Assembly (NCBI GenBank): GCA_964510025.1
Contig: CAZDZV010000010.1
Coordinates: 1-58,135, forward strand
Direction of reading: 5' to 3'
DNA: 58,135 nt
From: an uncultured Methanosarcinales archaeon
GTDB lineage: Archaea > Nanobdellota > Nanobdellia > Woesearchaeales > DATDXC01
Part shown: one piece after another, positions 17,514 to 29,304 of the stretch
Layout of the letters: each line of letters begins with the position of its first letter
Position numbering within the stretch: the first letter of the stretch is position 1
The notes under the pieces: generated by a model
Told to the model about the DNA's origin: nothing
Databases searched by the model: none
The model's input: only the letters and a program-made list of their open reading frames with translations
Translations under genes and position numbers: made by a program

Positions 17514-18598
17514 TCTGACAGTTCACTGATAACCGAGCTAAGCTCCTGCTTTTCCTCTTCCATATCGCTGCCGCCGGCCCCGACCCTTACGTATCTACAG
17601 CCCATAACATAGGTAGGCACTGTACTCTTTGGATTATATTTCTGGAAGATATCCAGTTCAGATTTAGGTATGCCTGTTTCCATTTCTTCTGTGTAGATAT
17701 TCTGGCCTGTATCCAGCTCCCAGTGATAGACAACCACATCATAGTCTCCTACTGCATCATAAAAAGCTTTTTCCAGCTCATCGCATGACTTACATCCAGA
17801 TGTTGTGTACAGACGGACAACAGGCTTTCCGCCCTTGGTGCAGATCTCATCTCCTGTCTCTGTGAACGTCTCGATCTGATCGGTCTCATCTTCGATATCC
17901 TCCGGCAAAATATCTTCCGGCATATCTGCCTCCCCTGTAACAAACCGGGGGTTGATCGTAATATCAGACTTTGCCCTGAGCTGCCCTACATAGGTCTGAA
18001 TAGCGGCATTTGCCAGATCCTGATAGATAGAGTCATTTATCTGGCCCCTGACCATTTCGTAAGATACGTTTAATGGCTCAAGGTTTTGCTCATAAAAGGC
18101 CCTAATCTTGTTTTCGCTGACCTCTATCTTTGAAAGCAGCTCCTGCTCTAGCAGCTTATTAATCATCAGCTGGCTCCTGAGCTGCTGCCTTATCTCAAAT
18201 ATATCCATGTCGTTCTCACTGAGAAAATCCTCAAAATCCTGCTGCGAGTCAAACTGAATCTTCAACCTGTCCAGCTCCTGTTCCACCTCATCTTCTGCAA
18301 CACCTATGCCCTGGCTTTCTGCTTCCTGGACAAGAAGCCTGGTGTTAATCAGCTGATCTAACAGCATTTCCTTGGAAACCACTGCAGCATATTCATCTGG
18401 TATCCTGCTATATTGCTTATTCAGCTCAGCCAAGGGTATCTGCTCACCATTGACAACTGCAGCAGATTCTGTATGCGGGAGAATCTGGACATAAAAAAAA
18501 TATGCCACAGCTGCAACTGCAATTACCAAGAGTATTGTACCGATATATGGACTATAACGCCTTTTTTTAGAACGTTTCGGGGTTTTTTTCCTGACCAT
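17510..18598 (-). CDS. SurA N-terminal-like chaperone domain fused to a thioredoxin-like domain
   Basis: TM, then AAVVNGEQI...LLDQLINTRLLVQEAESQGIGVAEDEV...LRAKSDI, then CKSC and STVPTYV. Start moved to the ATG after the GGTGAGG SD. Confidence 0.75.
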   Translation of the reverse strand: MVRKKTPKRSKKRRYSPYIGTILLVIAVAAVAYFFYVQILPHTESAAVVNGEQIPLAELNKQYSRIPDEYAAVVSKEMLLDQLINTRLLVQEAESQGIGVAEDEVEQELDRLKIQFDSQQDFEDFLSENDMDIFEIRQQLRSQLMINKLLEQELLSKIEVSENKIRAFYEQNLEPLNVSYEMVRGQINDSIYQDLANAAIQTYVGQLRAKSDITINPRFVTGEADMPEDILPEDIEDETDQIETFTETGDEICTKGGKPVVRLYTTSGCKSCDELEKAFYDAVGDYDVVVYHWELDTGQNIYTEEMETGIPKSELDIFQKYNPKSTVPTYVMGCRYVRVGAGGSDMEEEKQELSSVISELSE

Positions 18599-18739
18599 AG
18601 TATGCCACCTCACCAAAAATTACTCTATCACCCCTATTGTGCCTAAGAAAACTTTATCCTAAATAAAGCTTTCTATTTTTCTTCACTACCAAATAGTTTC
18701 TATAAAGCTTTATATTAATTTTTCCCCTGTTTTCTGCTG

Positions 18740-20056
18740 ATGTATGATATCATAATCGGCCGAAGCGAGAAGGACAGGGAAGAGCAGGGCAGCAAGGGAG
18801 CGATATTTCTTGGCAAGCATTATGTAAAGATGGGCCAGACCACTTCCCTTTCCAACAAAATATACCTTGATGTTACCAGGAGCCATGTTGTATTTGTATG
18901 CGGAAAAAGAGGATCTGGAAAAAGCTATACAATGGGAGTAATAGCAGAAGGCATGGCAGACCTGCCAAAAGATATCAACAAAAACCTGGCTGTTGTCATG
19001 CTTGACACAATGGGAGTATACTGGACCATGAAATACCCTAACAAAAAGGAGGATAATCTTCTAAAAGAATGGGGGCTGGAGGGCAAAGCCTTAAATGTCC
19101 AGATATTTACGCCAAAGGGTTATTATAAGAGGTATAAGGATGAAGGCATCCCTACAGACTTTCCATTTTCTATCAGGCCTTCTGAGCTGGACGTACATGA
19201 CTGGTGCACAACTTTGGGCATAGACATCAACCAAGCGCATGGAATAGTGATTGAAAGGGCGCTGGAAAGCCTCAAGGGAAGGAACTACAGCATAAAGGAT
19301 ATGATCAAAGCGGTTCGGGAAGATAAAAGGTCGGAAAAATCTGTAAAGGATGCTGTTGAGAACAGATTTTTAGCGGCAGATGGCTGGGGCATCTTCGACA
19401 GTGAAGGTACTGCCTTCAACAAGCTTGTAGCAGGCGGACAGGTCACTGTGCTCGATGTCAGCTGCTATGCAACGATACCCGGCGCATCCGGAATAAGGGC
19501 CTTGGTCATCGGACTGGTAGCAGAAAAGCTCTTTTTGGAGAGGATGATCGAAAGGAAAAAGGAAGAGTACAGCGCGGTCCATGCAGCTACTCATTTTCTT
19601 GGTGAAAGAGATGAGGAAGAGAAGAACAAATTTCCGCTGGTATGGCTGATCGTGGACGAAGCACATGAATTTCTTCCAAACGACGGTTTTACTGTCGCCA
19701 CAAATCCGTTAGTCACGATACTGAGGGAAGGGAGGCAGCCAGGGATCAGCCTGATCCTGGCATCGCAGCAGCCCGGCAAGATACATACGGACGTGATGAC
19801 CCAGTCTGATGTAGTTATAGCCCACCGGATAACTGCGAACTATGATATACAGGCGATGGGTATGCTTATGCAGAGCTATATGAGGGAAGGGCTGGACAAG
19901 CAGCTGAACATACTGCCAAGGGTCAAAGGATCTGCAATCATCTTCGATGATATGAACGAAAGAATGTACTCTATGAGGGTAAGACCAAGATACACATGGC
20001 ATGGGGGGGAAGCTCCGAGCGCCATAAAGGAAAAGAAGAAAATTTTCAATTTCTAG
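18740..20056 (+). CDS. HerA-like / DUF87 P-loop ATPase
   Basis: HVVFVCGKRGSGKS (Walker A), LIVDEAH (Walker B), REGRQPG, SQQP. Confidence 0.85.
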   Translation: MYDIIIGRSEKDREEQGSKGAIFLGKHYVKMGQTTSLSNKIYLDVTRSHVVFVCGKRGSGKSYTMGVIAEGMADLPKDINKNLAVVMLDTMGVYWTMKYPNKKEDNLLKEWGLEGKALNVQIFTPKGYYKRYKDEGIPTDFPFSIRPSELDVHDWCTTLGIDINQAHGIVIERALESLKGRNYSIKDMIKAVREDKRSEKSVKDAVENRFLAADGWGIFDSEGTAFNKLVAGGQVTVLDVSCYATIPGASGIRALVIGLVAEKLFLERMIERKKEEYSAVHAATHFLGERDEEEKNKFPLVWLIVDEAHEFLPNDGFTVATNPLVTILREGRQPGISLILASQQPGKIHTDVMTQSDVVIAHRITANYDIQAMGMLMQSYMREGLDKQLNILPRVKGSAIIFDDMNERMYSMRVRPRYTWHGGEAPSAIKEKKKIFNF

Positions 20057-20104
20057 AAACTTTTAAATAATAGCGCGGCTTATTGCCCATCAGGGGTGTG
20101 CATA

Positions 20105-20398
20105 ATGAGTTTTTCAAAATCTTTTCCTAAGACTGCCGAAGGAAGCTCCTATCCGAAGTGGGTGGAGGTCTACCTGACCGAAGAAGAAGAATCAGATATG
20201 GAAAAGGCATGCAGAAACCAGAACATCGAGCTCATGAAAGAGTGTATCGATGATGCCAAAGAACTGATCGAAGAAAAAGGATTCAAGGGATTCAAGGAAG
20301 ATATATTGACGGTAGCTGTAAGCTTATTCGAAAAAAGGGCCTCCCACAGCGTCTATTGGAAAGAGAACAAGGCAAAAGAAAAATTTGATAAGATGTGA
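20105..20398 (+). CDS. Conserved hypothetical protein
   Basis: ORF with its own TATA (TTTAAATA near 20062); ATG 20105 is in frame with the ORF-track call. Confidence 0.7.
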   Translation: MSFSKSFPKTAEGSSYPKWVEVYLTEEEESDMEKACRNQNIELMKECIDDAKELIEEKGFKGFKEDILTVAVSLFEKRASHSVYWKENKAKEKFDKM

Positions 20399-20674
20399 TC
20401 ATCTCCTTTTTCTGTACGGGTGATCTAATGACTCCTCTGCTGCAAGCGGAGCTTTTGTCATAGACACAACTGATGCAATAAACATCATAACAAATATGAG
20501 CGTAAAGACAAAGCCAAATGCAAGGCCCCTGTCAAATAGAACCTGATTTGTCACCGGATCTATCTTCGCTCCAAACCAGCCGCTGAACCTCCCTGAGAAT
20601 GTAAAAACAACCGATATAATAAAGCCTACAATGCTTGTGATCATGAAACTTCCTTTCAACGGCAAAGAGCCCAT
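20399..20674 (-). CDS. Small two-TM membrane protein
   Basis: PLKGSFMITSIVGFIIS...GFVFTLIFVMMFIASVVSMT; GAGGTGG SD before ATG 20674. Confidence 0.7.
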   Translation of the reverse strand: MGSLPLKGSFMITSIVGFIISVVFTFSGRFSGWFGAKIDPVTNQVLFDRGLAFGFVFTLIFVMMFIASVVSMTKAPLAAEESLDHPYRKRR

Positions 20675-20721
20675 ATCTACCACCTCTAACTAGTCTTATC
20701 TGTCTTGATATATAAAATTTA

Positions 20722-21786
20722 TTATTTTACAAATTTTCTTGCTTTTACAATGTCTTTCTGCAGCTTCCCCATGAACCTGGTCATAAGCTCTAGGCAGCGC
20801 TGCTTATCCTCACCGCACAGCAGTCTGCCCGACTTGCAGTTTTCATATATCTCCTGCAGCTTGCTGTCATCTTCTATGAGATGCTGCTTGTAAAGCTCGA
20901 AGATAATGCATTTTTCAGGGATGCCCCCCTTTTTCTTCTGCTCTTCAACTGTATCTCTGCCGCCGGTAAGGGTCCTCATGATTTTCCTGGGAAGCTTTTC
21001 CTTATCTTCAGGAAGGTCTATGCATGATTCTGGCTTTGATTTTGACATCTTCAGGCTTCCATCAAGACTAGGTGTGTACTTGTGATAAATCCCGGAAGGC
21101 AGGAAAAATTTCCTGTCCTTCATCCTTCTTGCAGCGTCTCTGGTGAGCCTAATGTGGGGATCCTGGTCTACGCCGACCGGAATTACGCCTGGCATAGGTT
21201 CCTCTAATTGAGGATACAGTATGTCTCCTATCTGAGTGAGTGCAGACATTATCCGTGCAGGATCTGCCTGCCCATACACAGCCCTGAACTCATTCAATGT
21301 TATCTTATTTGAGGCTTCATAGGCGATCTTTATCACATCAGAATTCTCAGACTGGAAGTAGAAGGATGTCTTCTTAGGATTCAGGCCAAGAGCTATGTAA
21401 GCAGGTATATGAAATTCCATTGCATTTTTTCTTGCTTCCTCAAGGGAGATATTCCTGGCTGCTGCTGCCTCCAGATCAGCCACCAGACAATATGTTTTTG
21501 CACCCTGGCCCTGGAAATACGCTATATTCTCTACGACCATCTTTGTGCCAAAATGGATCTTCTTTGCAGTCGGCATTATACCTGAAAGAACATAGAAGGG
21601 CTTTTTCTCCTTCATCGCCTTCAGAACCGGCTTCATGTCCCTTTCTGAAAAGACAACTGAGCGCCTCATCAGCCTGTTGGGTTCAGGATAGCTGTGAGGA
21701 TCAAAAGCATCTAAACCAAAATCCTTGATTATCTTTACGTAATCTTCAACAAGCTCTGATCCGTATGGGTCTATAATCTTAGGCAT
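20722..21786 (-). CDS. trpS: Tryptophanyl-tRNA synthetase (archaeal type)
   Basis: HIGH-like HFGT, VIPVGVDQDPHIRLTRD, KMSKS, TGGRDTVEEQ, LLCGEDK. Confidence 0.93.
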   Translation of the reverse strand: MPKIIDPYGSELVEDYVKIIKDFGLDAFDPHSYPEPNRLMRRSVVFSERDMKPVLKAMKEKKPFYVLSGIMPTAKKIHFGTKMVVENIAYFQGQGAKTYCLVADLEAAAARNISLEEARKNAMEFHIPAYIALGLNPKKTSFYFQSENSDVIKIAYEASNKITLNEFRAVYGQADPARIMSALTQIGDILYPQLEEPMPGVIPVGVDQDPHIRLTRDAARRMKDRKFFLPSGIYHKYTPSLDGSLKMSKSKPESCIDLPEDKEKLPRKIMRTLTGGRDTVEEQKKKGGIPEKCIIFELYKQHLIEDDSKLQEIYENCKSGRLLCGEDKQRCLELMTRFMGKLQKDIVKARKFVK

Positions 21787-21834
21787 AGGTCAAAGAATTG
21801 CTACTTTAGTATTTAAAGTTTTGGTCTCTAAAAA

Positions 21835-23187
21835 TCAGGTTTTTGGCAGGTCCCTGAGAGCTTCATTTATCTTATCTGTAGGGTATGAGTAGTCATGAAG
21901 CTTGCCTGAAAAATATGCACCGTATGCAGCCAGATCAAAGTGCCCATGCCCTGAGTTGTTGAAGACAATCACCTTTTCCTCGCCTGTCTTTTTGCATCTG
22001 AGTGCCTCATCTATTACAGCTTTGACAGCATGGCTTGTCTCAGGAGCCACTATGAAACCTTCTGTCCTGGCAAAATCGACAGCTGCCTTGAAGCAGCCTA
22101 ATTGATGAAGGGCAACCGCACCTACAAGCTTCTGATTTACGAGGGCACTTATTATAGGCGCCATTCCATGGTATCTTAGGCCGCCTGCATGAATGCTCGG
22201 TGGTATAAAACCATGCCCTAAGGTATACATCTTTGCTATAGGCGCCATCTTTGCGGTATCCCCATAGTCGTAGGCAAACGGCCCTTTTGTCAAGGTAGGG
22301 CATGATGTCGGCTCCACAGCCAGAAATTTGATATCATTCTTTCCTGTCATCTTATCCTTGACAAAGGGCAGCATGAAGCCCCCGAAATTAGATCCTCCGC
22401 CCACGCAGCCGATCATGACATCCGGGCTTACATCTGCCATCTTGAGCTGCTCCTTGACCTCTAATCCCACTATTGTCTGGTGGAGCAGCACATGGTTGAG
22501 AACAGAACCGAGGCTATATTTTGTATTGTCATGCTTAACTGCATCTGCAACAGCTTCGCTTATGGCTATTCCAAGGCTCCCGGGACATTTGGGATCCTTC
22601 TTCAGGATGGCTTTTCCAGCTTCTGTATCAGGGCTTGGAGAGGGAACACATTCTGCACCCCAGGTCTGCATCATAAGCTTCCTGTAAGGTTTCTGGTCAT
22701 AACTGCACCTAACCATATACACCTTGCATTTTAAATCAAAAATTTTGCACGCAAACGCGAGCGACGAACCCCATTGGCCGGCACCTGTCTCCGTTGAGAG
22801 CCTTTCCACACCTTCCTTAAGGTTATAGTAAGCCTGCGCAACCGACGTGTTTGGCTTATGGGATCCTGGAGGCGAAACACCCTCCCACTTGTAAAATATC
22901 TTTGCAGGTGTCTTCAGGAATTTTTCAAGATGATGCGCCCTGTACAAAGGACTTGGCCTCCACATCTTATAGACCTCAATAAGCTCATTTGGAATTGCGA
23001 TCGTGGGCTCTGAAGAGACTTCCTGCTTAATCAGGCTCATCGGAAATATCGGGGCTAGATCTTCAGGACCTAGAGGCTCTTTTGTCACCGGATGCAATGG
23101 CGGATCCAAAGGCCTTGGCAGGTCAGGTAGTATGTTATACCATCTCTTCGGCATTTCATTTTCGTCTAGAACAAATTTTGTCTGCAT
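21835..23187 (-). CDS. trpB2: TrpB2-type tryptophan synthase beta-like protein
   Basis: [10 protein letters not shown]-terminus, SPPGSHKPN (PLP lysine), [28 protein letters not shown]. Confidence 0.93.
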   Translation of the reverse strand: MQTKFVLDENEMPKRWYNILPDLPRPLDPPLHPVTKEPLGPEDLAPIFPMSLIKQEVSSEPTIAIPNELIEVYKMWRPSPLYRAHHLEKFLKTPAKIFYKWEGVSPPGSHKPNTSVAQAYYNLKEGVERLSTETGAGQWGSSLAFACKIFDLKCKVYMVRCSYDQKPYRKLMMQTWGAECVPSPSPDTEAGKAILKKDPKCPGSLGIAISEAVADAVKHDNTKYSLGSVLNHVLLHQTIVGLEVKEQLKMADVSPDVMIGCVGGGSNFGGFMLPFVKDKMTGKNDIKFLAVEPTSCPTLTKGPFAYDYGDTAKMAPIAKMYTLGHGFIPPSIHAGGLRYHGMAPIISALVNQKLVGAVALHQLGCFKAAVDFARTEGFIVAPETSHAVKAVIDEALRCKKTGEEKVIVFNNSGHGHFDLAAYGAYFSGKLHDYSYPTDKINEALRDLPKT

Positions 23188-23222
23188 GCTTATCCCCCCA
23201 TGATAGCTAAATCAGCTGCTAT

Positions 23223-23864
23223 TTAATAACTTTTTGCTGCCTCTCTCAGTTTTCTTATCGCGTTCTTACGGTCCTTTTCTCCGAAAACCGCAGAAGCTGC
23301 GACAAAGACATTTGCCCCTGCCTTAGCGGCAAGGCCTATCGTACTCGCATTGATGCCCCCGTCTATCTCTATGTCCATCTTTGGTCTCAGTTTTCTAAGC
23401 TCCCTGACCTTGGACAACACATCCGGGATAAATTTCTGCCCAGAGTATCCTGGATTCACAGACATTATCAACACCATGTCAAGACCGTCCAGATACCTGC
23501 CTATCTTGCTCAGCGGGGTTGCGGGCCTGAGCGATATTGAAGCTTTTACGCCCTTGCTTTTTATCAAGTCTATCGCCTTATCTACCGGATCCTTACATTC
23601 CTCGTGGATGGTGATGACAGATGCACCTGCATCTATGAAATCATCTATGTATCCGTCTTTTATAGGATAATCAACCATGAGATGAACATCTTTTGGAAGC
23701 TTTGTTCTGATTTTCTTTATTTCTTCAGCGAGGAAAGTCTTGGGCGGGACAAACTTTCCATCCATGATGTCTACATGCAAAAGATCAGAAAAGGGCTCAA
23801 TAAGATCAACCTCTTTCTGCAGATTTTTTCGGTCGGCAGAAAGTATACTTGGTGCTATCTTCAT
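23223..23864 (-). CDS. rpe: Ribulose-phosphate 3-epimerase
   Basis: IAPSILSAD, LHVDIMDG.FVP, DVHLMV, MSVNPGYSGQKF, IEIDGGIN. Confidence 0.95.
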   Translation of the reverse strand: MKIAPSILSADRKNLQKEVDLIEPFSDLLHVDIMDGKFVPPKTFLAEEIKKIRTKLPKDVHLMVDYPIKDGYIDDFIDAGASVITIHEECKDPVDKAIDLIKSKGVKASISLRPATPLSKIGRYLDGLDMVLIMSVNPGYSGQKFIPDVLSKVRELRKLRPKMDIEIDGGINASTIGLAAKAGANVFVAASAVFGEKDRKNAIRKLREAAKSY

Positions 23865-24700
23865 TTTGTTGCCAACTTCAGCTCTTTGATGAATTTCTCG
23901 ATCCTTCCTAACAGTCGCTTGCTGCGAAGATTTTTCTCGATGAGCCTAACCAAAGCCGAGCCTACGATTACGCCGTCAGCTCCTGCCTGACAGACTGATC
24001 TTACATGCCCTGGTTCGGAGATACCGAAACCGACACAGACAGGCAGCTTAGAACGGGCCTTGACCTTTGATATAAGCCTTAATGTGCTGTTTTCCAGGTC
24101 CTTCCTGGCGCCGGTCACACCTAACCTAGCAACCACATACACAAAACCGCGGCATTTCCTCAATATTTCCTTTAATCTGCCGGGATCTGTCAGGGGGCTT
24201 ACGATGAACACAGTATCCACCTTATGCGGTCTTGCTGCTGCTATGATATCATCTGATTCCTCCAGAGGAGCATCTGCTACAAGCACTGAAGTGACACCTG
24301 AAAGCCTGCACCTATAGAAAAAATTCTTGATGCCGTACTGGTAGACAAGATTATAATAAACAAGCAGCCCTATTGGTATGTCGGTATAGTCGCGCAGACG
24401 TTTTACGAATTTCAGGCACTTGGCTGTGTTAATCTGCTTTTTTAGGGCCCTCACATCTGCGCCCTGTATTGTCGTACCGTCTGCGATCGGGTCGGAGAAA
24501 GGGAAGCCCAGCTCAAGGATATCGGCACCTGCTTCAACCACTTTCCTGGCAATCTTCATTGATGTTTTGTAGTCTGGATCACCCACAACCAAAAAAGGGA
24601 TCAGGGCTTTTTCCCCTTTTCTCCTCAGCCTCCTGAATGTCCTTTTGTAGCTTGGCCTGATATTCAGAAGCTTCTTCAGGGATTTTTTAAGGTTCATCAT
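23861..24700 (-). CDS. trpA: Tryptophan synthase alpha chain
   Basis: ALIPFLVVGDP, LELGFPFSDPIADG.TIQ, GVTGAR, GFGIS, ADGVIVGSA. Start placed at the ATG after a GGAG SD. Confidence 0.95.
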   Translation of the reverse strand: MMNLKKSLKKLLNIRPSYKRTFRRLRRKGEKALIPFLVVGDPDYKTSMKIARKVVEAGADILELGFPFSDPIADGTTIQGADVRALKKQINTAKCLKFVKRLRDYTDIPIGLLVYYNLVYQYGIKNFFYRCRLSGVTSVLVADAPLEESDDIIAAARPHKVDTVFIVSPLTDPGRLKEILRKCRGFVYVVARLGVTGARKDLENSTLRLISKVKARSKLPVCVGFGISEPGHVRSVCQAGADGVIVGSALVRLIEKNLRSKRLLGRIEKFIKELKLATK

Positions 24701-25166
24701 TAATCTCCATATACATTTCTTTTGCCTCCTCTTCAAATCCGATTGCTTTCCAAGCGTCGACCCCTGATGTATTCATCGTGTCAGCCCTTAAATAAATATG
24801 TTCCATGCCTTTTTTCTTGAAAAATGCCTTTGTCTCTGATATCATATCTTTCATTATCCCCTTGCCCCTGTATGGCTCGGTAACATAACCGTCGCTTATA
24901 TAGCCCATCCTGTCCTCAACATATACTGGCGGGAATGCCTTGATAAATGCAAGCAGATATCCCACTGCCTTTTTTCCATCTTTGGCTATGAGCAAAATCG
25001 AATCAGGGGATTTTATATTTTCAGCAAAAAAATCCTTCACGATATCAGAAGAATTTTTTTTCAGGGGGTAGCTTGAATTGATATCCTGGTGAAAAGCCAT
25101 CAATTCTTTCCATAGCATAATCAGCTCGGGAAGATCTTCTGTGGCCGCATGTCTTACTGCTATCAT
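24687..25166 (-). CDS. GNAT family N-acetyltransferase
   Basis: [21 protein letters not shown] (motif A), N..G...WKAIGF. Confidence 0.85.
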   Translation of the reverse strand: MIAVRHAATEDLPELIMLWKELMAFHQDINSSYPLKKNSSDIVKDFFAENIKSPDSILLIAKDGKKAVGYLLAFIKAFPPVYVEDRMGYISDGYVTEPYRGKGIMKDMISETKAFFKKKGMEHIYLRADTMNTSGVDAWKAIGFEEEAKEMYMEINDEP

Positions 25167-26335
25167 TTCAATCCCTTAGCTACAGTCTGCATGTCTTTAT
25201 CTCCTCTTCCTGAAAGATTGATTATCAGGATATCCTCTTTTTTCATTTTCTTGGCTAACTTCACTGCGTGCGCAACTGCATGTGCTGATTCAAGAGCAGC
25301 TATTATTCCCTCCTCCTGACTCAGGAGCCTTAATGCTTTCAGGGTCTCCTTATCGGTGGCAAAGGTGTATTTTGCCCTTTTTATATCCCTAAGGTATGAA
25401 TGCTCAGGACCGACTGCTGAATAATCGAGACCTGCGCTAACTGAATGGGTGTCATATATCTGGCCATACTTGTCCTGCAGCACGTATGTCATTGTTCCGT
25501 GCAAGATGCCGACCCTGCCTAATTTCTTATCTGCAAACCTGGATGCATGCATGCCTGACCTGATGCCCTTGCCGCCTGCCTCCACGCCAATAAGCTCCAC
25601 ATCATCATCTATGAATGCCTTAAAGATACCGATAGCATTTGAACCGCCGCCCACACAGGCAACAATCTTATCTGGAAGCCTGTTTTCTGCAGCTAATATC
25701 TGCTCTCTTGCCTCTTTGCCGATCACACTTTGGAAATGGGCAACCATCTTAGGATATGGGTGCGGGCCCAGTACGCTGCCCAGAAGATAATGGGTACTCT
25801 CAACAGAGGCTGTCCAGTCTCTAAGAGCTTCATTTATAGCATCTTTCAGGGTTTTTCCTCCGGTTGAAACGGGGTTTACCTTAGCGCCAAGAAGCTTCAT
25901 GCGGAAGACATTTAGCTTTTGCCTCTCTATATCCACTGTGCCCATGTATATTTCGCATTCCATGCCCAGCTTAGCTGCTGCGGTGGCTGTAGCGACTCCG
26001 TGCTGGCCTGCTCCTGTCTCCGCAATGATCCTTTTTTTGCCCATGTATTTTGCGAGCAGCGCCTGTCCCATTGCGTTATTTATCTTATGGGCACCTGTAT
26101 GCGCAAGATCTTCTCTCTTGAGGTATATCTTGCAGCCAAGCTTTTCAGATAGCCTGTTGCAGAATGTCAAAGGAGTTGGTCTTCCTACATAATCCCTTAA
26201 CAGCCTGTTGAGCTCATCTTTGAACCTCTTATCATTATGATATCTGCCAAAGGCCGCTTCCAGTTCCTTAACTGCGGGTATCAGTGTTTCCGGAACAAAG
26301 ATTCCCCCATATTTTCCATAGTAGCCTTCTTTCAT
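25163..26335 (-). CDS. trpB: Tryptophan synthase beta chain (TrpB1)
   Basis: [52 protein letters not shown]. Confidence 0.97.
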   Translation of the reverse strand: MKEGYYGKYGGIFVPETLIPAVKELEAAFGRYHNDKRFKDELNRLLRDYVGRPTPLTFCNRLSEKLGCKIYLKREDLAHTGAHKINNAMGQALLAKYMGKKRIIAETGAGQHGVATATAAAKLGMECEIYMGTVDIERQKLNVFRMKLLGAKVNPVSTGGKTLKDAINEALRDWTASVESTHYLLGSVLGPHPYPKMVAHFQSVIGKEAREQILAAENRLPDKIVACVGGGSNAIGIFKAFIDDDVELIGVEAGGKGIRSGMHASRFADKKLGRVGILHGTMTYVLQDKYGQIYDTHSVSAGLDYSAVGPEHSYLRDIKRAKYTFATDKETLKALRLLSQEEGIIAALESAHAVAHAVKLAKKMKKEDILIINLSGRGDKDMQTVAKGLK

Positions 26336-26970
26336 GCTTTTGCCCTTTCGATAAACAGCTTTATCAGTTTATGGTCTTTTTTCCCATCCTTTCTCCTGAC
26401 ACCTGAGTTTGTGTCAACAGCATAAGGCTTCACCTTTTTAATCGCCTTATCAACGTTGTCAGGGGTGAGGCCGCCTGCCAGAAAGACCGGCCTGTCAATA
26501 GTCTCAACAATCGCTTTGCTTATCTCCCAGTTATGGGTCTTTCCTGTGCCCCCTTTCCTGCCCTTAAGCTGGGTGTCAAGCAGGATGTAATCTGCGTAAG
26601 GAGCATAATGCTTCGCTTCAGAGAGAGATTTCTTGCCTTTCACATTAATTGTTTTCGTCAGCCTGGTGTTCTTCAGCGCCTTCCTGATCCTCTTCATCTC
26701 TTTTATATCAATATCATTATGGAGCTGGATCATATCCGGATTGATCTCTGTTGCTATTTCGATCACCTTTTTTGATCTCTTTTCATAGGTAACATATACT
26801 GACTTTACCTCCAGCGGGAGCTTTGAGATTATTTCCTTCGCCTGCTGCCGGCTCACTTTATCCTTTGCAAAACTGATCTCGACCAAAAAGCCCACATAGT
26901 CGGCGCCCAGAAGTACCGCGCTTATAGCATCAGGAGTATTGGTGATACCACATATCTTCACCTTCGTCAT
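26332..26970 (-). CDS. trpF: Phosphoribosylanthranilate isomerase
   Basis: [15 protein letters not shown]...[26 protein letters not shown]. Confidence 0.95.
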   Translation of the reverse strand: MTKVKICGITNTPDAISAVLLGADYVGFLVEISFAKDKVSRQQAKEIISKLPLEVKSVYVTYEKRSKKVIEIATEINPDMIQLHNDIDIKEMKRIRKALKNTRLTKTINVKGKKSLSEAKHYAPYADYILLDTQLKGRKGGTGKTHNWEISKAIVETIDRPVFLAGGLTPDNVDKAIKKVKPYAVDTNSGVRRKDGKKDHKLIKLFIERAKA

Positions 26971-27719
26971 AGCAGTTCCCCTACTTTCTCCTTCACGTTT
27001 TCTGATATGACTATGGCTGTCCCTATCAAGACTGCATCCACAAGCGATCTAATCTCAGCTATCTGCTGTTTCGACTCATACCCTGATTCGGCAACCACAA
27101 CCCTTTTCTTTATCTTTTTTGCCAGCTTCTTCACGGTATCCAAATCAATCTTCATTGACTTCAGGTTGCGGTTATTAATGCCTATGATCTCAGCCTTTGT
27201 CTTCAGAACCTTGCTGAGCTCTTTTGCATCATGGACCTCTACAAGGCAGTCCATCCTGTACTTCTTGGCGATTGCTATAAACTCGTCTATCTCTTTCCTG
27301 TCCAAGACTGAAGCTATAAGCAGGATGGCATCCGCACCATAGTATCTCGACTCATATATCTGGTATTTGTCGATGATAAAATCCTTTCGAAGTATGGGCT
27401 TACGCGTGTTTTTCCTGATCTTCTTGATGAGGGCCACATTGCCCCCGAAAAATACCTCATCTGTAACAACAGATATTGCTGCTACTTTCGCCTTGTCATA
27501 AAGCCTGGCCATGTCTATAAAATCAAAATCCTTCCTCAGCAGCCCCCGCGAAGGCGATGCCCTCTTAAGTTCGCCTATTATCTTTATCCCCCTTGCAGAT
27601 ATGGCTTTCTTGAAATCCCTGTTTGAGTTCTTTATGTATTTTCTGAATGTCCGCAACGGATGCAGCTTTTTTCTAGCCTTGACTTCTGCTTTCTTGTTCT
27701 TGACTATCTTTTTTATCAT
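26967..27719 (-). CDS. trpC: Indole-3-glycerol phosphate synthase
   Basis: [47 protein letters not shown]. Confidence 0.95.
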   Translation of the reverse strand: MIKKIVKNKKAEVKARKKLHPLRTFRKYIKNSNRDFKKAISARGIKIIGELKRASPSRGLLRKDFDFIDMARLYDKAKVAAISVVTDEVFFGGNVALIKKIRKNTRKPILRKDFIIDKYQIYESRYYGADAILLIASVLDRKEIDEFIAIAKKYRMDCLVEVHDAKELSKVLKTKAEIIGINNRNLKSMKIDLDTVKKLAKKIKKRVVVAESGYESKQQIAEIRSLVDAVLIGTAIVISENVKEKVGELL

Positions 27720-28726
27720 CTTGAAAATTCAACCAGTGCCCTCAACTTTTTCATCGCTGACCCTGAATCGATTGCTTTTTCTGCCTTAGAAATGCCTGTT
27801 CTCATGTTGGTAACTTTCTCAGCTGCAAATAACGCCATGGCTGCATTAAGCAACACTATGTCTCTCTTGGGCCCTTTCTCCTTTCCATCCAGGATATCAA
27901 GGATTATCTGCCTGTTCTCATCAGGAGAGCCGCCCTTAATCTCTTCGAGGTCTGCTATCCTTATCCCGAAATCAGTAGGCTTGATGCTATAGCTATGTAT
28001 ATGCCCTTTCTTATACTCTGCTACCTTTGTCTCGCCTGACAGGGTGATCTCATCCATGCCCCCGCCATTGACAACCACAGCATGCCTGCAGCCAAGATTT
28101 CCAAGCACCTCAGCGAGCGGCTCAACAAGCGCCTCATCAAACACGCCCATTAGCTCATATGGCGCTTCTGCAGGATTTGTCAGCGGACCAAGTATATTGA
28201 ATACTGTCCTGACGCCTAGCTCTTTTCGAGGTCCGATAGCATATTTCATAGCTCCGTGGAATTTGGGGGCAAACATATAGCCTATCCCTACATTAGATAT
28301 GCATTCTTCTACTCTTGCCGGATCAAGCATTATGTTTACACCGAGAGCTGAAAGGACATCTGCAGAGCCGGATTTTGATGAAACGCCCTTGTTGCCGTGC
28401 TTTGCAACAGGGACCCCTGCCCCTGCAACCACAAAAGCTGCTGCAGTAGAAACATTGAACGTGCCTGTCCTGTCTCCCCCTGTGCCAACAACATCTACAA
28501 GCTGTGAATGGTTTTTGGGCCTGATCCTTGACGCCTTTTCCCTCATCACCTTAGCACAGGCTGTTATCTCATCGATGGTCTCGCCTTTTAACCTTAAAGC
28601 TATCAAAAATCCTGCAATCTGGGCATCGGTTGCTTTTCCAGACATAATCTGATTCATGACTGCTTCAGCTTCAACCGGAGCTAGGTCTTTTTTATCTACA
28701 AGCTTTTGTATGGCTTCTTTTATCAT
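27716..28726 (-). CDS. trpD: Anthranilate phosphoribosyltransferase
   Basis: [37 protein letters not shown]. Confidence 0.96.
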   Translation of the reverse strand: MIKEAIQKLVDKKDLAPVEAEAVMNQIMSGKATDAQIAGFLIALRLKGETIDEITACAKVMREKASRIRPKNHSQLVDVVGTGGDRTGTFNVSTAAAFVVAGAGVPVAKHGNKGVSSKSGSADVLSALGVNIMLDPARVEECISNVGIGYMFAPKFHGAMKYAIGPRKELGVRTVFNILGPLTNPAEAPYELMGVFDEALVEPLAEVLGNLGCRHAVVVNGGGMDEITLSGETKVAEYKKGHIHSYSIKPTDFGIRIADLEEIKGGSPDENRQIILDILDGKEKGPKRDIVLLNAAMALFAAEKVTNMRTGISKAEKAIDSGSAMKKLRALVEFSR

Positions 28727-29304
28727 TTTGAAACGGACCTGATAATATTTTCAATCAGCAAACCGCCTATGGGAGTAAGTATGCTTTCAGGATGGAACTG
28801 CACGCCAAAGACAGGAAATTTCTTATGCCGGATGCCCATGACAAGACGCTTAAACCTTGTCCTGGCTGAAACTTCCAAGCAGTAGGGTATATCTACGCCG
28901 ATAAGAGAATGGTACCTGCCTGCCTGGAAAGGGTTTTCAAGTCTCTTGAATATCCCTGTATTATCATGCTGGATCCTTGAGGGCTTTCCATGGATTATGC
29001 GGGGGGCCCTGTTCACTATCCCCCCAAATGCCTCGATTATGCACTGGTGGCCGAGACATACGCCAAATATTGGTATCTTCTCATGGTATTCCTTGATTAT
29101 CTTTATTGAGTTGCCTGCTTCGCTTGGGAGACCTGGGCCTGGGCTGATAACCAAGAGGTTAGGTTTAAACCTTTTTATCTCCTTATGGAGGAAGTCCATA
29201 TCAACATTATTCCTGTAGACAAGAACCTCACAATCACGCTTCTCAAATTCATCCACGAGATTATATGTAAATGAGTCAAAATTATCTATAAACAGGACCC
29301 TCAC
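28723..29304 (-). CDS. trpG: Anthranilate synthase component II (glutamine amidotransferase)
   Basis: [34 protein letters not shown]. Confidence 0.95.
   Translation of the reverse strand: MRVLFIDNFDSFTYNLVDEFEKRDCEVLVYRNNVDMDFLHKEIKRFKPNLLVISPGPGLPSEAGNSIKIIKEYHEKIPIFGVCLGHQCIIEAFGGIVNRAPRIIHGKPSRIQHDNTGIFKRLENPFQAGRYHSLIGVDIPYCLEVSARTRFKRLVMGIRHKKFPVFGVQFHPESILTPIGGLLIENIIRSVSK

Noticed and set aside
18740..20398. HerA-based anti-phage system
   Set aside because: No adjacent nuclease or Sir2 partner; the context looks like conserved housekeeping genes.
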